Shown piece by piece: positions 28,777 to 53,035 of a stretch of 64,000 nt of DNA. Source of the DNA: Balanoglossus misakiensis. Taxonomy: Eukaryota; Animalia; Hemichordata. The first letter of the stretch is position 1. Each line of letters starts with the position of its first letter. The notes under the pieces were generated by a model. That model ran no database searches. It was given only the letters and a program-made list of their open reading frames with translations, and was not told where the DNA came from. The stretch is taken from assembly GCA_040954595.2 (NCBI GenBank), contig CM082588.2:3308513-3372512 (forward strand). The letters are read 5' to 3'. Made by a program: the position numbers and the translations under genes.

Positions 28777-30670
28777 CTATAGGCTCTCTTTTTCTTTTTC
28801 TACCTCATGGTCATCAAGTTCTTTTCGTATTTGTTCAACTATGTCCACAGGTTGCTGGTATTTCCTTGCAAAGTCCTCTTTCCTCCAGGGAGCCTTCCAG
28901 TCTTCAGCAGCTCTGATATCCTTGGGTCTCAGCAACACTTTTGTGTAATCGATACCGTTCAAATGGTACCGTTCCCACTTCCTACCCCACGGCCTGGGCT
29001 TCATTTTGACCTGAGATGAGGAGATATCAAAACTGCTTGTTGAACAGTGATTGAGTTCAAGATGTTGAGACACTGCTCTTGATTCAATTCCATGTTTAAC
29101 ATAGAAAATATTGGACACCTTCAATTCAGTGGCTGTAGTAGGCAGAACGCTGCACCTGCTAGTAACAACTATATACATCAATGACTGGTAATGATTCATT
29201 AACTCACCATGGTTTCATTGATCGGCACTGGATCATTAGGACTGTGCTTGACAACGGGCATGTCTGAATCAAATGTGCAGTACTGGGGCAGTGCATCCCG
29301 AAGATAAAGCAAATGATCATCAATGCTTTTTTCTAATTTGATCACCTCAATCTTCAGCACCAATGGATTGTATAGCTCATAGCAGATTTCAGTACCTGTT
29401 AAACAAAGCATATCAGAAACAATATAGTGAATGTACCAGTAACCATTGCATTGTGTGTGTGTTGTAGGAGGAGGAGAAAGCTGACTTATTACCTAGTCCA
29501 TCAATGACATTCCTGAGGATGCAAGTCGCTCCCAATCCTAAGCCACTTCTCTTGATGCAAATTCCGAGAAATCTGTTCTTTTTGCCCTGTGCGTATGGAT
29601 CAGACATAGTAATGGCTAAAATGCTGCCTGTGAAAAAAGAAAGGAAGAAAAGTGTGATACAACATTTGTAGTGGTAACTGACAAAGCATCCATCAGTCAC
29701 ACTAGCCCGCTAACTGCAACAACTTCTCACAACTTGTTTTGTGAATAATTATAAGAGCCACTTTATGCTTACCAACATAAAACTCTGGAATATCAATTAC
29801 TTTTCGTCTTGTCAACATATCCTGTCTCTCCAGGTAGTCTCCCAGTTTGGATCTCCTGCCTGGCCTGTGTTTCGGTGGGAAAAACTCTGGACTGATGAAC
29901 CGACTGGGCCTGCCTTCCTCTTCTGGGATTTTCCAATAATCCATTTCCGAGTGTTCCTTGAGATCAGCCCCTGCTTGTGAGGACGGCTGCTTAGCTAGTC
30001 GGGTACATGTTGAACTTATACAGCGGGCAGAAACAGGTCCTATTTGAGAAAGTTTGAAAAGATTGTGTCATAGAAATAATGTATACAGTCCTTCTAGGAT
30101 ATGACAGGATGAATGGTGCCATGTACTAAAGTTACCATTGTTACAATTGTAATTTAAAGTTAGTTTAATTAATTTTACCACAGTTCCTCTACTACAGGAA
30201 CTGTGATTTTACACTGAAGCCACAAGCCAATTTATTCCCATCACTCAGACGTGGTCACTCAATGAATTGTCTGGCTACTTCATTTGCCTTGTAAATACTA
30301 TTAATTAGCATTGTTCAATGGATAGTCTGAACTTTCGGATCTAAGCATGATGGTCAACATCCATCCATCCATCCACACACAGTCGCTTGTGCATCACCAC
30401 TGATGCGCTCCGAGGACGCACCACATGGTCGTGAGTGCGCGTGCGTGTCCGTATCATCCGTACGCACATTGGAAATTGACAAGACAACCATATATCGTCC
30501 AGTGCAACGAGGAAAGAAGGGTGCCAGATGTTTTATTGAGGACATACATAAAATCAGCATTTCGTTCAGTGAAATAATTTAAAGTATGCTGGAAATCACC
30601 TACCCGGGAGAGAAACAAGCCTAAACTTCAACAGACAACGAGGGATCAGGCTTGACATGGTAGTCGCCAT
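28777..30670 (-). CDS. MRPL19: Mitochondrial ribosomal protein L19 (5 exons)
   Basis: [28 protein letters not shown]|[65 protein letters not shown]; presequence-like first exon. Confidence 0.93.
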
Positions 30671-32193
30671 TTTGTTCTAGAATTGGCCATTCGAATGGGG
30701 ATTGCAGGTTAGAAAATGAGGGTATCTGGCAAAAGCCAAAAGAAATGCCACAAGACCTTTCGCCGATTTCTAATCGGTTGATGTTATCGTGTTACTGAAG
30801 AAAAAATCCAAATTAAACAGATCTGTTTGTGCATATGTACATGCAAAGACAGTAGAAAGGAACAATACGAGTCAAAGCCGGTAAAATGGTGTGTATAGTG
30901 TATCGGCATCCCCGCACCAGAATAGTTTAGTCCCTGGACCTCCTGCTGAAGGTCATGGGTCGAAATTGCTCGTAGATCAATGAGATACGGGTGGTGTTGT
31001 GGTATATTTCACACTGAAATAGACGATCGTTTCCAAGAAAACCGGAATGACCGTTCGAAAAACTGGCTGGTTGCCAACAGAAGGTTAATATTCTGTGGTT
31101 TTAGGAAGTGGAAAAACGCGAACTCGCTTTCGGCAGCCGCAAACGAAATGTTTTGCTGATTGATTGAGTCGATCAATGCTACAGTTGGATTGGAAGGCTA
31201 CGTCGAAACAAAGAGAGCAACTCTTGCTTGTTGGGCGCAGTTCACATATCATTCGTGCATTGCTTTGCACTGTTGTACGTTTCATCGGTGTCATTCGACA
31301 ACTTTGTAGTATTCGTGAAAACTGTACCGTTTGCATTCAATCGGCATAAGTACTGGCATTACTTGGGTCAAATTCCAACAACGCCCGCATTTCACTTGCC
31401 TTGGAAGAATGGATGACGCCAGCAGTAATTGTATGTAACAACAGGTAAGCAATCATACGAGCTTGCGATTCCTGCATTGCCCCCACATAACCCCAGCTGT
31501 TTAGGTCACTTACAAAACGCCTGCGAGCGATCGCTATGGGCGTTACTGTCCAAAGATCAACACTCAGTTGGGTAGTTGGTGGTAGTACCAGGGATCGTAA
31601 TTTTATGGCCTAAATTTCAACGCCACATGATCATGATGATCGAGACAGTCGTTGTCTCTCAAAGTCACGCAGTGATGCCTATATTGAGTTACCTACAAAA
31701 TTCCAAAAATGCACCTTTATGTACGATCGGTTATCATCAGAAGTTTTACACCCATCTGGTAGTTACAAATATGGGGCTGATGACCCATTTTACCTCTTCT
31801 GTCATTTCATTGAAATTAGATCTTTTCCCCTCCACGTGTCTGTTGCAGTTGCCACAACAACAATTAAATATGCAAATGAAACCAATGTGAAAGGAAGCCA
31901 GACAATGATAGCTTGTGCACAAGTGCCAGGATTCCTTGTGCAGGAGAGGCTGTCAAATTTCAGCTAGGCTACATGATCTGTGCCTTGATCTGTTATCCAT
32001 CACATTGTAGATGCCAAATCTCATTCAAACGTTTGTTGTTCCCAAGATATGTTTTCAGTGTCACAGAACTGGCTATGAACTTCAATCCTTGCAGCTGGCT
32101 CAGTCACTCTGAAACATCCTTGTGTTTTTCAAGGATAATTAAAAGTAAAACCATTCAATTTTTTGTCCAGATTCCCTGACGTAGGAACATACA

Positions 32194-34970
32194 ATGAAAA
32201 GACGAGCTTCAGATGACCAAGTGGTGGCCACCAGCACTAGCCGAAACCAACGGTTACAAAATGGTGACGATGACGAAGAAGCCGGTACTTCCGGGTCCTC
32301 ATCAGCATCGTCCTCCTCCTCCTCCTTAGCATCAATGATGTCACCATCATCACTGTCATCGCTGTCCTCATCGTCCCTGGCAGCGGGAAGCTGCTTGCAG
32401 ATTCCATCGTTCATATCGCCGTACCCCAGCGCGTCGATTCTCTCACCGACTGTCAACCAGCATGGCACCAAGAAGGCGGGGCCGTATCTGCTAGGGCCCC
32501 GACTCGGGAACTCGCCCGTCAGGAGTATCGTACAGTGTCTGGCGCGACGCGAAGGAACCGATGACTTCTTTCAGTTAAAAGCAAGTGTAACTGATTGTTT
32601 AGCAACAAGGTTTTAATGCAAGAATTTGTTCAAGTGACAAAAGTATTCGAATGGAATAAAAAATTAAATTTGCAAGCAGACTGTTGAGTGTTGCATTGTC
32701 CAACAGTTTATTCCAGATCACTTTAAGTATAATATATTTGTATTTGTTAGCATTTAAACATTTTGTTTAGCACATGTAATGGTGATCAAATATGTGTGTT
32801 GTGAATACTAGTATGTGAATATGCCCACAGGACTCCTAAGTAAGAGCTCAAATTATAAAATGATTGCTTCATGAATTATTTCTCTTTTTTTATGCCCAGA
32901 TTCTTACTTTAGATGAAGGAAACAAAGAAACTCAGGACGAACGACAAGGCAAGATGTTGCTACACACAGAGTATTCATTATTGTCTTTGTTGCATAATCA
33001 GGAAGGTGTGGTTCACCACCATGGTCTATTTCAGGTAATGACCGCAGCCAGAATTAGCATATCAGCAATTTTTTTTTGCTTGGCCTAATACATATTTATC
33101 AGGAATTGTGATCTGTAATCAGCAACAGTCAAACTCAATCTCCATTGCTCATTGCAGGATAAAGCATGTGAAGTCAAAAGAAGTGACAGTTTGAGAAACC
33201 CACATGTCAACACAGGCAGGGTCAAGAGACGAATCTGCTTGGTTCTGGACTGTTTAGTGGCACATGACTTCAACGAGAAGACCAGCGACCTCATCAATTT
33301 GCAACATTACGTAATCAAAGAGAAGAAACTTAGCGAAAAAGAGACCATTGTCATATTTTTTGATATTGTAAGAATTGTAGAAAGTCTGCACAGTGTAAGT
33401 AATTGTCACACTGGTTTCTTCAGATCGGCTATTTATGTTGTTCAACTCACTGAAACATGTTAAATGACCAATTGTTATAACCGGTGCCCTGTTCATGGGC
33501 ATATCATGAGAATACATCTGCAATAAAATTTTTGGTAATGATGTTTTTTTCCAAATTCTAGACTTGTTTTGAGGAAATGATGATTGATCGAGACTTGAAA
33601 TGGAGAGATTGGCAATTTATGTTTTCATTTATTGTTTTTTTTTCCAGAAAAATATTGTACATAGAGATTTAAAATTGGGTAATATGGTTTTAAGCAAGAG
33701 ATCACGCAGGATAACGATTACAAATTTTTGCCTGGGAAAGCATCTGGTCAGTGAGAATGATTTGTTGAAAGACCAAAGAGGCAGCCCGGCCTACATCAGC
33801 CCTGATGTGCTTAGTGGTAAGTCCATTCTCTTCACGTGGAAAATATCTGATAATAAAAAGCAGAAGTGGAAGGTTGGTATTGATTGTGGGAGTACAAAAT
33901 GTCGCATGGTTTCTGGTTGTCTGCTGCAGAATCGATACTCTGACATTTTAATGATTTATGTTGAGGATGTGGGTTGCCGCAAACTCCACAGACTAAACAC
34001 AAAATGGAACTGCTTCCTGTCACCTCTTGCATTTCCTCGTGCATGTCACAGAGTTGTTTATAACTGTTGACATTTCTCGTTCTATTTTGCCTGCAGGTAA
34101 ACCATACCATGGCAAACCCAGCGACATGTGGGCCCTGGGCGTAGTCTTATTTACAATGTTGTACGGACAGTTTCCATTCTACGACAGTGTCCCCCAGGAA
34201 CTGTTCCGGAAAATCAAAGCCGCAGAGTTCAACATCCCCAAGTAAGTATTTCTGACACAGGTGTAGCAACATCAACATCATCATTTGGAGAGAGTAGAGC
34301 CCCACCCAGTGTTCTTCTTAAAAAATGAATGCAGATTTACGTGTAGAGTGTCTCCCTTGAATATTGACTTGGCTGCTTTCCTCTCCAGTGATGGCAGGGT
34401 TTCCGAGACAACCAGTGGCCTGATCCAGAGGCTCCTAGTTCTGGATCCGAAGGTCAGGCTATCTGCCACACAGGTTCTGGAGTGCTTGTCATCGACACTG
34501 GCTATGTGGTAAGTGAAAACACATTTGATTCAGGCCACAGGAATGCCAAGCAGAAGTTGCCTGCATTAAACAGTAAAATGAATGTAGAAACTAACAAAAC
34601 AGTGACAGTAGCTGCAACTGTATCTATATTTGATGCTAAATAAACTCCATGCTTTTGCCATCGTTTTTGTCCACACAGGCAATCCATGACAACCAACACT
34701 GCGTCACTTCAGGTGGTGCCGGACGTTGACAGCGGCAAGGAGGAAGAGGAGAAGACCAAGAAGGAAGCGGAGATCAAACAAGCGCAGCCGTCGGAACTCG
34801 ACCTGAAGCTGCGGCAAATCAACAGTGCCAATCCGCAGTTGAAGGCCAGCGACAGACAACTGCTGACGGCCCGCCGACGGGTCAGCCAGCCGCCAATCCG
34901 GCGAATCAGTCAGGATGCCCGGCCTCTGACACAGAGCGAAATCATCGCCAATCGGCATCTGTTGTCATGA
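32194..34970 (+). CDS. STK40: Serine/threonine kinase 40 (Tribbles-related pseudokinase), 7 coding exons; probable 5' UTR exon ending ~31444
   Basis: KAGPYLLGPRLGNSPVRSIVQCLAR, QGKMLLHTEYSLLSLL, ICLVLDCLVAHDF, IVHRDLKLGNMVL, TNFCLGKHL, DQRGSPAYISPDVLSG, GKPSDMWALGVVLFTMLYGQFPFYD, C-terminal QVVPD (COP1-binding type). Confidence 0.95.
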
Positions 34971-36151
34971 CAACATTACAGAGGCAGGCTTCACGTGCAC
35001 CCATCAGTGACATTTTGTAGATGCCTTCACCCAGTGCAATTGTTCTGTAATGTAATCAATCACACATACACGACAAATAGTCTATTTTTGTACCAAGCTT
35101 TTCCTCTATGAAATTCTCCCACCCTTTTGTTTACCCTAAGTCTTTGAATAATTCCCAAAATTGTAAAATTTGTCCATGTACAGCTAACATAGGGGTGGTC
35201 TAGGGTGGAAAAAAGTGTACATGTATTTGACTATATCAGATAGATTCTGTACTTGATTTACAATGTTTTAGAGAATGTAATAAGCAATCAAGATATTTAA
35301 AATTTATGTTAAGATTGTAACACACAGTTGGGGAGAGAAATCTACAACTTTTGTTTGTCAGGTTTTTGAGATGACAATATCTCTTTGTTTTCCGATTATG
35401 TCAGTCTTTTGTCATGTGATTACTTTTCTCACATTGTGATTACCAGACCATCTTCCTGGATTATTCTCAGTAAAAATTCAATATTTCTGAATTATTGTCA
35501 CTTGGAAAATTAGTGTTTCCATTTTGCACACTATTATTATTGTCCTGCTTGTCAACTTCACGATTTTTATTGAATTTAGGGGGGAAAATTCCCTTCACAA
35601 AGTTCTCCTCACGAACTGTCCCCCAAGCCCTGTCTTATTTTTTGACTGATTTGAATTTATTCACAGAGAAATTATCAAGAAATTACTGTACAAATGTCTC
35701 GTTTTGTAAAGACTCCTATTGTCCAAGCTTTGGTAGTTCTACCAATAAAATTAAATCAAAGTTACCTGTGATATGGTGTCTGTCTTGTGAACTGTGAATA
35801 AGTAAATGAAAGAGTCCACACTTAAGTGCTTAATTTAGTGGGTGTTGATATACAAGGAACAATTGTTCATTTTTCTGGATTTGCTTGAGAGTGTATCACA
35901 TTTCAGAAGCTCTGCTTATTTTAATAGAGAAGTTGCAGCAGTGCTACTTTTATTCAGTCAAAAATTTAGCAAAAGGAAAGTACATACTAAAGTGGCTATC
36001 ATTGAAAATATTGAAACATTTTTAGAGAACTCAACATCACATGCCAATAAAAATTCGTACTCTATTGCTCAACCGGGTATTATACTTACTGACCTAAGTG
36101 GTCTATTATCATGGTGACTAAGCTACGGAGTAGGTGACCTATGACACAAAG

Positions 36152-43422
<7,271 letters not shown>

Positions 43423-43786
43423 AGGGGACTCTCGCCCGGAATGATGAGATGGAATGATGGGAAATTCTAGACCGGGTCTGTTGTGGCGACTCCCCACTTC
43501 AATCAAATTCTGTATTTGGCATTGTGTGACACTCACATCAACAGTGGGACACCTGGAAAGGTCACATGACAGGCACCACTGTACTCTCAAAGCCAAATTC
43601 TTTGATACAAGTGAAGGATCAAAGCATACCTTTTTGATATTTGTAACAAAACAGTTGTGTTTTGTTTGTTGTTTTATTTTCAAAAAGATCACAACACAAC
43701 AAAGCTGTTTTTGAAACCAAGAATTCTATAGATGCATATCTTTAACGAGCGTAAAATCTGGGAAATGTCTTTCCTAACTTATTTCA

Positions 43787-46329
<2,543 letters not shown>

Positions 46330-48154
46330 CCTCAATATATACAGCTGTTGAACAATGTACTTTTTTCTGCTTCTGTTATAGAACATAATCAACAAATGTA
46401 TATCAGAAGATCAGCTGTCATTTTGCTACACTAATGTACATTTCAAATGAAATGAACATAATGTCTCCATCATAAACCCATACTAACATTTCTAGCATGG
46501 ACATAACCGAATTTTCATAGATTATGGTCGTCCCACTTCCTTCGAGTTAAGGTAGATGTTTAGCTTTCGTCTCCCTTACTAGTAAAATCCAATACTTACG
46601 TTGATCGCGATCCTGCAAGCGTCGTGTACGGCAGCCTGCTATGAACACGTGTGAACCAGCTGGTCACCTTTGACCTCGGCATAATTGCGTTCCCATAGAC
46701 AGAAGAACATCGATTACGGGGCCAAGCTAAGTAAAAAAACGCCAACTGTATCTACAACTTATTTTAATCAGATTGAGGAAATTGGTTTGTCCAGGTGATT
46801 TGTGTTGACATTACTGATGAAAGGTACAGCAAGGGTAGATTTCTCATGTATTTTTAAACTTGGGACTGATCAGTTTCCCCGACTAGGGATAAAAATGGCT
46901 CACCACACATACAACCACACAAGGAGACAGAATCAGAGACAATGTTTTGATTATTGTATCTAGCTATGATACAAATATTTACAGATTATTAATACAAGAG
47001 AGGTCAGGCGACAGACAAAAAAGAAATGTACATGTCAAGAATGTATAAAGAGAAACTGTACACAAATAAACACCATCACCTGAAGAATTGTACAAGTATA
47101 CACACAAGTTCCACATCACTTTACAGGAAAACATACCATGCACTCAACTCTGGTCACAACAGGCATTGAAACAACAGTGCTTGGGAAAAACATGCTGTTT
47201 CTTAGTATTATTAACAATTTTACATAAAAGGTAGGGATAAAAGGAAGAACAAGCTGTATATTCACAGTTTGAGATGACAGAAGCAAAAAAAATTAATTTA
47301 CAAACATGAAGAAGTTGACACATTGACACACACAAAATAACACATCACAAAAGTTCACACAAGAAAGTCAAGATTAGATGAATGAAATAATTACCATTGA
47401 GAGCACAATTGCATAATGACACTCAACACAATTTCTGTCCATAATCTCTTGAAACCATTTTAATTAGCACTTTAATAAAAAAAATACTGATCTGATTTTA
47501 CATCTATGATCATTTTCTATGATACAACTTTTCTCTCGGTGGAAACATAATCACAAATATCTGTTAATACATCACCTTATGTTTTACTACAATACACAGT
47601 TCATTTTAAGTAGGAATACACAATCTGTCTTTTCAATACTTCTCTTTTTAAATACAGGATTGGAAAGTTTTACAAATTGCACAGATTGATGAGATTCAAA
47701 GAAAGAAATAAACAATCAGGATTTATTGTCAAGAAACAGTCTGTTATGCCACACAAAAGAAAACCAAATATATAATTATAAAGAAAGGTCACCTGAAAAA
47801 TATTTTGAGTTTAGTAAAAATCTGACCATCAAGTATTATTAATTCTGATGTGGTCACTTTTGTGGCATGAAAAACTTCTTTAAACTGATCTGATTATACC
47901 AAGAAAAGGAGTTCCAGAAACAAAACACAACAAAAAATCTCAGAAACGAGAAATAAAGATAAGGTCACAAGTAGACATCATACACATGCCATAAAAAAAT
48001 ATTTAATACATAATAATTTATCTGTACAAAATGGTACAACCCCCTCCTCCATCCCTATTTTTCTTGACGATTTTCTTCTACGAGAACAATCTGCTTGTCA
48101 TGGTTACAAGATTGAAAAGTTATTTAGATTTCGGTGATTGACACTATAAATATT

Positions 48155-51100
48155 TTATTCCCACTTCAGGTCGTCTTTTCGAAGCGACGTCTGAAGTGTC
48201 TGCATGTCCTTCAGCATTCTCAAGCTCTGTTTGGCGTTTCCTTCTTGTACCTTGACCGGCTGGGCGATGCGCCCCCTCGTCTTGACCGTCGTTATGACTT
48301 GAACTTCGCCGTTCGTACTGCTGGTAGTGCTGGCGGGTATCGTCACGGACGCTGCCCTCCGATGGCCACTTTTGGGTCGGCTCGCTGACCGGGGCCTCTT
48401 TTCAACAGATGACTGCGAGAGAACAGAGATATCGAGTGAGCTTGATATCTTGTCAAATAAAATTCACAGTGTATCTCAAGGAAAAGCATCTCGTCTTCTC
48501 TGTAGAAGTGTATGAGATTAGCAAAGCACTCGGTCAACCCTGCAATACTATAAGAACACAACTCACTCCTTTGTATCTTTTCAACTTGGCTATTTGTTGA
48601 CCTTTGCCCTCCATCCTGGACACCAAGTGATCCAATTCTCTCTCCAGGTCCTCCCGTATCCTCGGATCTTCGGCTTCTTGTATTTGCTTGGCAAGCTCTT
48701 GATGCTCACTGGGTTGTAGAAAATAAACAAGAAGAAGACTCGCATTTTAAAATTTTCATTTAAATAATTGACACAAAACAGCTTCAAATGCACACATACA
48801 TGTACCAACACACCTGTGGAATAATGCAAGACACACACAGAGACAAGCGTTCTACTTACAACCCCATCTGTCCGAATTCATCCTGAAGACCCAAGAGCAA
48901 CTCTGACAGATCGCTGCCCGACGTACTGGACGACGACACTGATGAGCGTCTTCGAGGAGCTGAGCGAGCGCTCTTCGGTGTTTTCGCGTAGTGCTGGCCG
49001 GGACCGTCGCACCACGCTGGGTTGTGGAGTTTCATCATGGCTAGTACGTTCTGAAAGTTGGAACCTATGTTGTGACTTTGAGTTGTCGACTGGAACACAG
49101 AACAGAGCAGAACAAACAGATTGTGATGCAAATTGATTTTAAATATTCAAATGTTGCACAGCAAAATTATCAGTAATATGTAATATTTAAAGCACACATG
49201 AACCCTACTTACTTTGCCAGCGATGAATGGAATATCTCCTAAATTAAGTCTATAGTGTTGCCTAGGTTCTGAGTAAGCGTGCGCCTCTAGTCTCTTGCAG
49301 CAAGTCTTCTGTTTCTGCTTCTTTTTCTTCTTTTTGCTCTTCTTCGTCTTCACATCCCGAGGGGAGTTGCCCGTCTCTAGAAGAATACGGTTGGCCTCCG
49401 CGACAGTCTGGAGCTGGAGTTCGAAGAGACAGTGGAGATAGTGCACAGAGTTAGACCCTTTCTCCCCAATGGTTTGTTCCAAATCCATTGTTTTCAGTGG
49501 CAAAGTTGGACCTCTATAGCGGGAAACAGGGGGTTTGAGGATTGAAAGGGTTAAGGCCAACTGAATGTCGTCTTGTGTACACTTCTAGACATGTTTGGGT
49601 TTTCTCCAGGTTGTAGTTGAAATTTACATACTGGGCTAACAGGATGAATGCACTAGAGTCTACAGAGTAAAGTTCATGTTATTTCCACATGACGAACACA
49701 GGAGAAGGATACAAGAGGAGGAAGGGAAGGGAGACAGGTGGGGAGTGAGAAACACTGAGAGACACACAGAAAGAGACACAACATAAGACAGTGTTGACGG
49801 CAGCTTACCTCTGCTGCTCTATCTTGCATCAATTTTCTGTGGTGTCTTTCTTCCTTCACCTTGTCTTCCAACTCTCGAATTTTACTCTAACAGAGCCAGA
49901 CAGAGGGATACTCGTTTAGCGGGGATGCAAAAGTCGCTAGCTAACTTCTGACATGATTATTGATATCAGCAGATGTCTTTATAAAGCTCTAGCTAGATTA
50001 TCAGCTGCACTGTGACTCTGTAAAGTGAAAACTTGCCCAAAAGATTCAAATAATTCATGCTCAGGTTATTTCCACAGAGACTTCGTAAACGCATACCTCT
50101 GCCACTGTTTGATGTGCTTGCAGCCTGACGTGCTCTCTCTCCAACTGATTCAGCTTGTCCTGCTGCACCTGGGTCTCTTCCGCGCCCCAGTCCACCGTTT
50201 GTTTCTCCAGAACTTCGCTCTTCCTGACGGCGTTGTTGCGGTCGGATTCCGCGTTCTGCACCATCTTCCTCATGTACTCCAGCTGTTTCTCCAGAAGCTT
50301 GCAGCGGCTGTCCGCAGACCGCAGTTGGCTTTCCAGTTCTGCAATGAATTACAATGGAACCTTTGCTGTAATTTTGGGCTACTGTTTTCATCTGTATTCT
50401 GTGCCAGGAGTGATAATAAATTATATGGTATTTTTGCCATGTCTCCCCACTACAATCAGCACTGTATGGCAGCATCAGTGTTTAAACCAAGTTTCCATGA
50501 TTTTTTTTAAGGAGTAAATTTCGTTATCCCAGGATTTTCCTATGTACCAGTAAAAATGAACTTGTGCCTGGCATTGCAACATGTTGACTGAGCCCTAATA
50601 AATCTGCAAAGACACTGGACAATAGTGATTATCATCATATGGCACTTTAATTATCTACAGTCTCATTCCTACCTTGTGAGTGTTTTGACATTTCTGTCTG
50701 TGATGCTTCAGTCACCGTCTGTTCTTTTTGTAGGATTTCTTTGTATTGAGACGTCTCCGTGGCGAGACTTCTAAGGTTTTCCTCGGCCATGGTTCTTTCC
50801 GATTCTAGCTTCCGGATCTTTTCCTGGAGACCCCGGAGTGCGGATATGACAGCTGGAAAAATGAAAACAAGAATGATGAAGAATTACAGCCAACGCACCA
50901 AAATTGCCTTTTCACCTAATTGCTGCAAACACTATCTAAAAGAATTTCCATGAGCAGGGCCTGGGGGCACTGAGAATACCCTTTTTCAAACTTTACACTG
51001 AAGCAACTTATTACACAACACAATGACTTAGCATTGTTGGTAAACTGCCAATTTCTATAACTCCAGTACAGAGTAATTATTCCTATCAAGTCCACATCAT

Positions 51101-52579
51101 CTACGGGTAACAATATTCCCATTGTTTCCTATTGTCTGGAAAGGTGTACCACAGGGACCCAGCTCAGATCCAACATATCAAATGCCTGTACTTTTGTACT
51201 GGCACAGTCTACAGTGAAACCTGACAGGAGTTGATATCGTGGCACAAGTATCTGCCCTCCCCCGGATTCTCCGTTAAGTGCGATCTGCCCATTGTTTCCC
51301 ATTGTCAAAATGACCAAACTGATTTTTGAAAGGGGGTGTGCGTAGGACACAAAAGACATGTAGAATAAGAATCCGTATATTGCTACCATGGGATCAATGT
51401 AATCGTATCTACAAAAGGAAAACCCGACAGAGGTATCAAGTCTCTACTTAATGTCACAGGACACTACAATCATCTAAACTAGGTGTTGCCAAAACAGTGA
51501 TTTTGTAAACTAGTAACAGTGAACCAACTGACACATACCTCTGCTGTTGCTCTCAGGAATCCCAGCTTTGGCAGGTGACTTAACCGACGATTTCATGGGC
51601 ACTCTGGTGGGTGTAGTGGCATGTGTGGGGAAGACCTGGTCCTCCAGTAGTGGTCTGGCACTTGGGTAGTCTCTGTATGAATCAATCGAGTCTCTTGTTG
51701 CCGGTGACGACGGCATCCCATCATATAGATGGCCATAGGAAGGTTTGTATGGCGAGATGTGGCTGCGGTATGGGGATCTGGTCTAATTGAATAAATAATT
51801 TAATAAACAATAAGAAAATTATACTTGTTGAAGTTGTTCTATTGCAGGTCCTGAAGAATAATACAGACATGTACACAAATCTGTGGTAACTGAATAGTTT
51901 ATTCAGGGACAGGGTAACCACCCACTGCTACATGTAATATTATGAGAATCTAAACTTGTAAAACTGGAATCATAATTTATCCATACCACATTCGCTCCAC
52001 ATCAACACTGGAATCCGCGACAGTTACCACAAAAACACAAGTCGTGACACGCTTACAAATCCATTCAATCGGTAACGATCGACTTCCATTTCATTTTTTA
52101 AAGTCTTTTGACACATTGATTGGCGGGTCCCAATTTAAAGTGCGAAATACAACATTATAAACGAAGCAAAAACAATACAAACTCGACCAGAACAATGGTT
52201 TACAGAAAATGATGTGTACCAGAAAAGAGAACAACTGCAAAACGACTCCCGCTCCCAAGATAAACAATCGTCTAAATTCTGTCCGCTGACTTCTGACTAC
52301 TCTGCTGGCGATCGCAGATCGTAGCAATGATTTTCCGTGAATGAATATAGAAGTGCGTGTAAATCGATTGAAATAAGTAAACGAAGTGTCCGGAGTTGGT
52401 ATTTTTAAAGTAGAAATCCCATGATCATGAAATGAAACATGCATCTCACAATTACCATTTCCTTTGATTGCAAGTGATCATACTGTTCGAACGTGTTTGA
52501 GATTTTAAGTTTTCCGCATGACGTAAAAACATATACTCTATTTCCGATGATATATACTTACCGAGTACCTCGTATCCAT
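48155..52579 (-). CDS. CEP57: Centrosomal protein 57 (CEP57/CEP57L1 family)
   Basis: PESNSR|AVISALRGLQEKIRKLESER, RCKLLEKQLEYMRKMV, EERHHRKLMQDRAAE|LQT, HYRLNLGDIPFIAGK|STTQSH, LQDEFGQM, LRMLKDMQTLQ..W. An inferred 18-nt first coding exon (52562-52579) splices in frame. Confidence 0.88.
49451..49554 (-). mobile_element. Copy of the TTAA/CCCT..AGGG MITE in a CEP57 intron
   Basis: ACCCTTTC..ATGGT..TCCAAATCCATTGTTTT..TGGCAAAGTTGGACCTCTATAG..GAAAGGGTTAA. Confidence 0.6.
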
Positions 52580-53013
52580 GTTCGCTAGTCCACTAATTTA
52601 CTCCGTAGAATCTGGAGAATCTGGGAGTCTTTTCTTAATAAATGCACTAAGGTTGAAATCGACTATCCCCTCTACTTCATACAAGTTCAAAAGCCGTAAC
52701 AGCTGTCATCCGGGATACCAAGCTACTATGTAACAATACATTCCATTGGTCAATTGTTTGGCCTTTCTGTTGACCCCTAAAAGATGTTTTGTGATTGGCT
52801 TGCTTATCTCAACTCGAAAGAAAGATTGTTTACTTCAGGTAAAGTTGTGACAGGTAAATATTTTATTTATTTTATTGTTATTTTTAGTACACAAAATGCA
52901 CTATCAGAGAGTGTCGTAATGTACAGTAATATCCTTTGAAAAATTGTAACATTAAATAAAGTACATGTAGCTACAACTAATGCAAATATCCCGTCCTACT
53001 AAACAATCATTTC

Positions 53014-53035
53014 GTTGTTGTTGTTGTTGTTGTTG
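53014..53035. repeat. (GTT)n microsatellite
   Basis: GTTGTTGTTGTTGTTGTTGTTG. Confidence 0.8.
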
